The notes below the pieces were generated by a model. The model was not told the DNA's origin. It saw only the letters and a program-made list of their open reading frames with translations, and ran no database searches. A program made the translations under genes and the position numbers. Of a stretch of 64,000 nucleotides of DNA, positions 58,800 to 64,000 are shown piece after piece (the stretch's first letter is position 1; each line of letters starts with the position of its first letter). The stretch is from an uncultured bacterium (lineage in GTDB: Bacteria > Acidobacteriota > Thermoanaerobaculia > Multivoradales > JAHZIX01): the NCBI GenBank assembly GCA_965368975.1, contig CBDUPA010000002.1, forward strand, positions 457,824-521,823, read 5' to 3'.

Positions 58800-59491
58800 G
58801 GCCGCAAGGTACTGTGAGCTCGCAAGGCTGTGCGGACTCGGCGGCATGGCCGCCCGGCGCCTACCTGACGCCGGCAACAAGGCTGGCGCTCGACCGGAGC
58901 ATGGAACTGCGAGAGCGCAAATCTCGCTTTCTGACCTTCATCGGCGCCGTGCAGGACGAGGACGAGCTACGGGCCTCGCTGGCCGAGGTGCAGACGCACT
59001 ACCCCGACGCCAACCATCACTGCTGGGCCAGCCGCCTGGAGCCGGAGCGCGACGGAGCCGAGCCGGTCGAGCGCTGCTCGGACGATGGCGAACCCGCCGG
59101 CACCGCCGGCCTGCCGATGCTACAGGTGCTGCGTGGCGCCGAGCTGTGCGGCGTGCTCGCGGTGGTGGTGCGCTGGTTCGGCGGTATCAAGCTGGGCAAG
59201 GGCGGCCTGGTGAGAGCCTACGCCGAGGCGACGCGGCTGGCCCTCGCGGAGCTACCGACGCGGCTGTGCGTACCGTCCGATCCGCTGGTCGTGGAGTTGC
59301 CCTATGAGGTGTTGGGCGCGGTGAAGCGCCTGATCCATCCACCGGAGGTCGAGCTGGTGGACGAAGTCTACGGAGCTGGCGTGCACATGACGCTGAACGT
59401 CCATCGACACCGGCGGCAGGCGGTCGAGGAGGCCCTGGCGGAACTGCGGCTGACGCCGGAGCCACCGAGTCCTGTCGAGCCGGTTCCCTGA
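58796..59491 (+). CDS. IMPACT/YigZ (UPF0029) family protein
   Basis: YLTPATRLALDRSMELRERKSRFLTF (compare YigZ N-terminus ...EEIKKSRF), RWFGGIKLGKGGLVRAY. Start uncertain: 58796 or an in-frame alternative before 58901. Confidence 0.7.
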   Translation: MRPQGTVSSQGCADSAAWPPGAYLTPATRLALDRSMELRERKSRFLTFIGAVQDEDELRASLAEVQTHYPDANHHCWASRLEPERDGAEPVERCSDDGEPAGTAGLPMLQVLRGAELCGVLAVVVRWFGGIKLGKGGLVRAYAEATRLALAELPTRLCVPSDPLVVELPYEVLGAVKRLIHPPEVELVDEVYGAGVHMTLNVHRHRRQAVEEALAELRLTPEPPSPVEPVP

Positions 59492-59609
59492 GGCACCCCT
59501 CGACACAGGAGCGAACCCCTGTACTACAATTTACAGGTTCTCATCGTATTCCCTGATGACTTGCTGTCAGCCGGCCGGTCGAGCCGCTCACCTGCACGAA
59601 GGAGCCAAC

Positions 59610-60035
59610 ATGAGCGAAAACGTCACGCCTCCCCCGCCACCGTCCGACACACCGCCACCACCCCCAGCTTCGGACTCGCCACCACCACCACCACCGAGCA
59701 GCGGCGGTCCGGCCGGCGCCCAGAGTTCGAATCGAACCCTGATGATCATCTTGGCGTATCTGCCTCCGCTATCGCTGATCCCACTCCTGATGGAAGAGGA
59801 CGAGGACGTCAAGTGGCATGCCAAGCACGGCTTGGTCCTTCTGGTGCTCTGGGTTGCCGTCAGCATAGGCTTCTTCGCGCTCAGCTGGGTGCCTTTCTTG
59901 GGTTGCCTTACCAGCATCATCTGGTTCTTCATGTTCATCCCGATCATCGGCATTCACATCGTCTGCATGATCAAGGGTGTGGACGGTGAGCGCTTCAAGC
60001 TTCCAGGTATCAGCGACCTCGCTGACAGCTTCTAG
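59610..60035 (+). CDS. DUF4870-like small membrane protein with a proline-rich N-terminus
   Basis: Start ATG 59610 with AAGGAG upstream. PPPPPSDTPPPPPASDSPPPPPP, then TM helices (ILAYLPPLSLIPLLMEEDEDVKWHAKHGLVLLVLW...). Confidence 0.55.
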   Translation: MSENVTPPPPPSDTPPPPPASDSPPPPPPSSGGPAGAQSSNRTLMIILAYLPPLSLIPLLMEEDEDVKWHAKHGLVLLVLWVAVSIGFFALSWVPFLGCLTSIIWFFMFIPIIGIHIVCMIKGVDGERFKLPGISDLADSF

Positions 60036-60420
60036 TGACCCCGCCGACAGCTTTCCGGTGAGCCAGGAAGGTGATACGTCCCAGGCCGCGTCCCCCAAAG
60101 CCGTCGACGGCAGCCGGCGGACGCGGCGCTGGCGTATCGCGCTGGTGGTCTTCGCGCTGCTCTGGGGCATCGACCTGCTGCAACCGCCCCGCCGCCAGCT
60201 CACCACTTGGGTGCTGCTCACGACCATCGGCACCTACCAGGCAACGCTCTCACCGCTGATGCCCAGCCTGGGTGTCCACTGTCGCTTCACCCCCACCTGC
60301 AGCCACTACGGCGAAGCGGTGATCCGCGAGTACGGCGCCGTCAAGGGCGTGGGCTTGACGCTGTGGCGCGTCGTGCGCTGCGGTCCATGGACGGAGGCGG
60401 GAACCGAGGATCCGCCGTAG
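59977..60420 (+). CDS. yidD: Membrane protein insertion efficiency factor YidD (start uncertain; likely shorter)
   Basis: C-terminal CRFTPTCSHYGEAVIREYGAVKGVGLTLWRVVRCGPW is the YidD signature. The ORF as drawn overlaps the upstream gene by 59 nt, so the true start is probably a downstream non-ATG codon. Confidence 0.7.
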   Translation: MWTVSASSFQVSATSLTASSDPADSFPVSQEGDTSQAASPKAVDGSRRTRRWRIALVVFALLWGIDLLQPPRRQLTTWVLLTTIGTYQATLSPLMPSLGVHCRFTPTCSHYGEAVIREYGAVKGVGLTLWRVVRCGPWTEAGTEDPP

Positions 60421-60483
60421 CCACCTCAAAGGCCCCACCAAGAGAGGACAGCTTACCCCTGAAGGTGGGATACGCTTGCCGCC

Positions 60484-60822
60484 ATGGACGCCCCCGCCCG
60501 CAACCAGCTGACCGAGATCCGCCGCCTACCCGAGGACAAGCGCCTGCGCCTGACCTGGCAAGACGGACACTGCGCTGACTTCGACTGGGACTACCTGCGC
60601 GGCTGGTGTCCATGTGCCGGCTGCCAGGGCCATTCGGGGGCCCATATCCAGTACAAGCCCCCCACCAAGCCGGTGAACCTGGAGCAGATCGAGGCGGTCG
60701 GCAACTACGCTGTCTCGTTCCTGTGGTCGGATGGCCACGGCACCGGTATCTACAAGTTCAGCTACCTGCGCGAGATCTGCCCATGTGACGGCTGCAAGTC
60801 GGGCCGGGAGGCGCAGGCTTGA
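60484..60822 (+). CDS. DUF971 (gamma-butyrobetaine hydroxylase-like N-terminal zinc-ribbon) domain protein
   Basis: 112 aa: LRLTWQDGHCADFDWDYLRGWCPCAGCQGH ... YKFSYLREICPCDGC. Confidence 0.7.
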   Translation: MDAPARNQLTEIRRLPEDKRLRLTWQDGHCADFDWDYLRGWCPCAGCQGHSGAHIQYKPPTKPVNLEQIEAVGNYAVSFLWSDGHGTGIYKFSYLREICPCDGCKSGREAQA

Positions 60823-61697
60823 CGGAGGCGGTCTTCGACGGGCCCGTTGGGGACTTCGACGGACCTGTCGGGAACTTCGACGGGCCTATTGGGGTCTTCG
60901 ACTCGGGCGTCGGCGGCTTGACGGTGGTCGCGGCGCTGCGCCGCCGGCTGCCGCACGAGTCGATCCTCTACTTGGGCGACACCGCCCGCCTGCCCTACGG
61001 CAGCAAATCACCAGCGACAGTCACCCGTTACACGCAGCGCAACGTCGACTTCCTGATTCGCCACGGCGCCAAGGCAGTGGTGGTCGCCTGCAATACGGCG
61101 TCCGCACTGGCTCTACCCAACCTGGCACTGGCGCGCCTGCAACAGGGCGACCAGGAACACCCGGTCCCAACCTGGGGCGTGGTCGAGCCCGGTGCCGCGA
61201 CGGCGGTGGCGGCGACGCGCGGCGGCGCGGTGGGGGTGATCGGCACGGAATCGACCATCCGCTCCGAGAGCTACGTGCAGGCCCTGCACCGGCGGCGGCC
61301 GGGGCTTCGCGTGCTCACGCAGGCATGCCCGCTCTTCGTGCCGCTGGTCGAAGAGGGCTGGCTCGACGATCCGATTGCCGAGCAGGTGGCACAGCGCTAC
61401 CTGCAGCCTCTGCTCGACGGGGGTATCGATACGCTGGTCTTGGGGTGCACCCACTATCCGCTGCTCAAGCCGGTGCTAGAACGCGTCATGGGGCTGGATG
61501 TCGAACTGGTGGACAGCGCCGAAGCCGTGGCCGCGCTGGTGGCCGCGGAACTGGAGCGACGCGGCCTGTTGCGCCGGGCTACGGCCGCCGCGGAGCAGCA
61601 CGTCTGCGTCACTGACGCCAGCGAGAGCTTCGAGCGCCTGGTGCGGCGCATTCTGGGACCGCGCCACGGCGTGCTCGAATTGGTCGATATCGGCTGA
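60819..61697 (+). CDS. murI: Glutamate racemase
   Basis: IGVFDSGVGGLTV, VVACNTAS, LGCTHYPLL. TTG start at 60819 overlaps the upstream stop. N-terminus carries 3 extra imperfect copies of the FDGPVGx heptad. Confidence 0.85.
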   Translation: MTEAVFDGPVGDFDGPVGNFDGPIGVFDSGVGGLTVVAALRRRLPHESILYLGDTARLPYGSKSPATVTRYTQRNVDFLIRHGAKAVVVACNTASALALPNLALARLQQGDQEHPVPTWGVVEPGAATAVAATRGGAVGVIGTESTIRSESYVQALHRRRPGLRVLTQACPLFVPLVEEGWLDDPIAEQVAQRYLQPLLDGGIDTLVLGCTHYPLLKPVLERVMGLDVELVDSAEAVAALVAAELERRGLLRRATAAAEQHVCVTDASESFERLVRRILGPRHGVLELVDIG

Positions 61698-61739
61698 CCT
61701 GGCGGAGGGACGCGAGGATTCAGATGCGGCCAGGCCGGA

Positions 61740-61828
61740 GGGTAGGCACATGGGCCTACCCCTACACGGAATATACCTACGTGATCTGAGCAGCATAATC
61801 TGGGTAGGGGCGACCCCATGTGGTCGCC
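61740..61828. repeat. Pair of REP-like hairpins sharing a GGGTAGG lead and a CACATGG/CCATGTGG loop
   Basis: gggtaggc-acatgg-gcctaccc (61740-61761) and gggcgacc-ccatgt-ggtcgccc (61807-61828), between murI and rph. Confidence 0.5.
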
Positions 61829-61874
61829 CTCGGTGGCGCTGACGCTCATTCGGGCGGGCGTGTACAATCCGCCC

Positions 61875-62726
61875 ATGTCGGAACCAACACCCACCTCGAC
61901 CTCCTTCCGCCGAGTCCAAGATCGTGCCGCCGACAGCCTGCGGCCCGTGACGCTGGAACTCGGTGTCCAAAAATTCGCCGAAGGTTCGGCCCTCATCAAG
62001 GCCGGCGACACGCACGTGCTCGCAGCGGCCAGCATCGAGAAGCGTGTACCACCGTTCGTGCAGGAAGGCCACGGTTGGCTGACTGCCGAATACGCCATGC
62101 TGCCACGCGCCACGCAAACGCGCTCGACACGAGAGGTGTCACGCGGCAAGCAGAGCGGGCGCAGCCAGGAGATCCAGCGCCTGATCGGCCGCAGCCTGCG
62201 CCAGGCGGTCGACCTGAGCAAGCTGCCGGACATCACCCTGACCCTCGACTGCGACGTCTTGCAAGCGGACGGCGGCACCCGTACGGCATCGATCACCGCA
62301 GCCTATGCGGCGACAGTGCAGGCCCTGGGCCAGGTCTTCCTGGCCGGCGACCTACCGACCTGGCCACTGCGGCGGCAGATCGCCGCGGTCTCGGTGGGTC
62401 TGATGGGCGAACTACCGCTGCTCGACCTCGACTACGTGGAAGACCGCGACGGCGCGGTCGACATGAACGTCGTCGGCACACCCGAGGGCGAGCTAGTGGA
62501 AGTCCAGGGCACCGGTGAGTCGCGCGGTTTTGCCCGCAGCGAACTCGACGCCCTGCTCGATCTGGCGCAGAAAGGCATCGGCGAGCTGGCGCACATCCAG
62601 AATCAGGCGCTGGGCGGAATCTTGGAAGACGTCGACGCGGTTCGCCAACGTGCGGGGCGCCAGAGCGGCCAGCGACGACCGGCACCAGCACGCAGCGAGA
62701 AGGATCTCTGGGGTCCTCCCGGATAG
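61875..62726 (+). CDS. rph: Ribonuclease PH (with a ~40-aa basic C-terminal extension)
   Basis: Start chosen at MSEPTPT (ATG 61875). LRPVTLELGVQKFAEGSALIKAGDTHVLAAAS..., DCDVLQADGGTRTASITAA. Confidence 0.9.
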   Translation: MSEPTPTSTSFRRVQDRAADSLRPVTLELGVQKFAEGSALIKAGDTHVLAAASIEKRVPPFVQEGHGWLTAEYAMLPRATQTRSTREVSRGKQSGRSQEIQRLIGRSLRQAVDLSKLPDITLTLDCDVLQADGGTRTASITAAYAATVQALGQVFLAGDLPTWPLRRQIAAVSVGLMGELPLLDLDYVEDRDGAVDMNVVGTPEGELVEVQGTGESRGFARSELDALLDLAQKGIGELAHIQNQALGGILEDVDAVRQRAGRQSGQRRPAPARSEKDLWGPPG

Positions 62727-62763
62727 ACCTGCCACCACGAGCACGCACAACCGAGACTGTATC

Positions 62764-64000
62764 TTGACGATCTTTGCTTTCCTTCTCCTCCTCCTCCTCA
62801 CTCTTCCCGGCATGCTGATGGCGGACGAGTTCGCCTCGGCGGAGCGGTCCGCCCCGGGCGGGCTGGCCCTGTCCGAGGGTGGCCAGGATGACCCATCTCC
62901 CGAGAATCGCCAGAGCAGCGAAGCAACACCCGAACCGGCAGCAGCAGGGCCTGCAGCCTTCGGCGATACCGTGACCGAAGAGATGACGGTGACCGCTGGC
63001 CAGCCCTGGGGCACCCTCAGCGCTGCCAGCGGCGCCGCCACCGTGTTGCGCACAGAAGACCTGGCGGCACCGCCGGACACCCTCGGGCAGTTGCTACAGC
63101 ACGCACCGTCGGTGTCCGAGACCGGCCAGGGAGGGCAATTCCAGACCTTCTCGATCCGCGGCGTCTCGCGCCAGCGCGTGCTCACGCTGGTTTCCGGCAT
63201 GCGCATGACCAGCGAGCGCCGCGCCGGGGTCGCCACCTCCTTCTTCGACCCCTTGCTCATCGGCCCCGTCGATCTGCTGCGCGGCCCGGCCTCCAGCTAC
63301 CACGGCTCCGAGGCCTTGGGCGGCGTGGTGCAGCTGTTCCCACGCGCCTTCAACGGCTGGAACGTCGCCACCGGCTGGGAAAGTCAAGGCAACGAACGCT
63401 ATGTGCGTGTCGCCTGGGGCGACCCCGAACGAGGCTGGTCGCTGGGCCTGGTACGACGCACGGCCGACAACGCTGAGACACCCGCCGGCACCGAGCTCGA
63501 TACGCACTTCACGCAGTGGTCCGCCAGCGTACACAAGACGTGGTCCACCGAGGGTGGCGTACGCGCTGGCGGCCTGGACTACGAGATCCTACTCATTCCT
63601 GCCGTCGCTGACGATCTGGGCAAGTCGAGCACCGACTTCCCCGAGAGCCGTATCACCACGTATCCGCGCGAGCGCCACCTGCTGGCCAAGCTCGGGATCG
63701 ACGCCCCCAACTGGCGCTTCAACGTCTGGGCGCACCCCCAAGACCTCGAGACCGAAGCCCTGCGCCCCGAGCGCAGCCTGTCGACCGTGGCCAACGAAAG
63801 TCTCGATCTCGGCAGCTCCTGGCGCTATCGATTCGACCTCGACCCGAACACCAGCGCGCAGGCCGGCATCAGCTGGTTCGGGCGTCGAGGCGTCGGTGCG
63901 GAGGAGACCGAGATCGACCTGCAGTCCGGCGAAAGTACGACCCGCACAACGCTGCAGAGCGCCGAGCAGGACGAAGTCGACGCCTTCGCCTCGCTGCGCT
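62764..64000 (+). CDS. TonB-dependent receptor (3-prime partial; runs off the window), signal peptide and plug domain
   Basis: TTG start 62764 gives MTIFAFLLLLLLTLPGMLMADE (signal peptide). Plug motifs ETGQGGQFQTFSIRGVSRQRV (checked in frame at 63121) and DLLRGPASSYHGSEALGGVVQLF. Not in the ORF track because there is no stop in the window. Confidence 0.75.
   Translation, partial: MTIFAFLLLLLLTLPGMLMADEFASAERSAPGGLALSEGGQDDPSPENRQSSEATPEPAAAGPAAFGDTVTEEMTVTAGQPWGTLSAASGAATVLRTEDLAAPPDTLGQLLQHAPSVSETGQGGQFQTFSIRGVSRQRVLTLVSGMRMTSERRAGVATSFFDPLLIGPVDLLRGPASSYHGSEALGGVVQLFPRAFNGWNVATGWESQGNERYVRVAWGDPERGWSLGLVRRTADNAETPAGTELDTHFTQWSASVHKTWSTEGGVRAGGLDYEILLIPAVADDLGKSSTDFPESRITTYPRERHLLAKLGIDAPNWRFNVWAHPQDLETEALRPERSLSTVANESLDLGSSWRYRFDLDPNTSAQAGISWFGRRGVGAEETEIDLQSGESTTRTTLQSAEQDEVDAFASLR

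Noticed and set aside
62493-63260. Minus-strand 255-aa ORF near the window end
   Set aside because: The plus-strand frame encodes a TonB-dependent receptor signal peptide and plug domain with canonical motifs (FSIRG, RGPASSYHGS). The minus ORF is an antisense artefact.

Overview
High-GC (~68%) bacterial chromosomal window containing mostly core housekeeping operons, flanked by two separate NRPS loci and carrying a few lower-GC accessory insertions. Minus strand: a complete F1Fo ATP synthase operon (atpZ-atpI-atpBEFHAGDC), an NSS-family transporter, an RDD membrane protein, a large TPR/low-complexity membrane protein, the tyrosine catabolism pair hppD-hmgA, a Wzm/Wzt-type ABC exporter, a LivJ-like substrate-binding protein, a MacAB/DevBCA-like efflux operon (MFP, ATPase, two FtsX permeases), queD, an acyl-CoA ligase, an EVE-domain protein, a full suf operon (Rrf2 regulator-sufBCDSUT), a tRNA-dihydrouridine synthase and a SAM methyltransferase. 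Plus strand: a DUF429-like protein, a SAM methyltransferase, the bacillithiol genes bshC-bshB-bshA, an IMPACT/YigZ protein, DUF4870, yidD, DUF971, murI, rph and a partial TonB-dependent receptor. The window opens inside an NRPS cluster: the tail of an upstream gene ending in a PCP domain, followed by a 2451-aa terminal module with unusual architecture (C, a degenerate A-domain remnant, an acyl-AMP-ligase-like adenylation domain, KR, PCP, TE). About 37 kb downstream lies an isolated NRPS gene (luciferase-like monooxygenase-C-A-PCP) with no release domain. The strongest novel-system candidate is a lower-GC 852-aa STAND protein (50540..53098): Mrr-like PD-(D/E)xK nuclease, NB-ARC NTPase and about seven TPR repeats encoded by tandem ~126-bp DNA repeats, inserted convergently 4 bp after the NRPS gene. 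This architecture matches Avs/bacterial NLR-like anti-phage defence proteins. A second lower-GC islet carries a secreted Trp/Tyr/Cys-rich protein of unknown function with palindromic and direct-repeat elements upstream. Also recorded: recurrent tandem duplications of gene 3-prime ends (atpC, bshB), a REP-like hairpin family with a CACATGG/CCATGTGG core, a ~56-aa insertion in AtpA, candidate operators and terminators. All calls come from reading the translations and the sequence by eye; no database searches were run.
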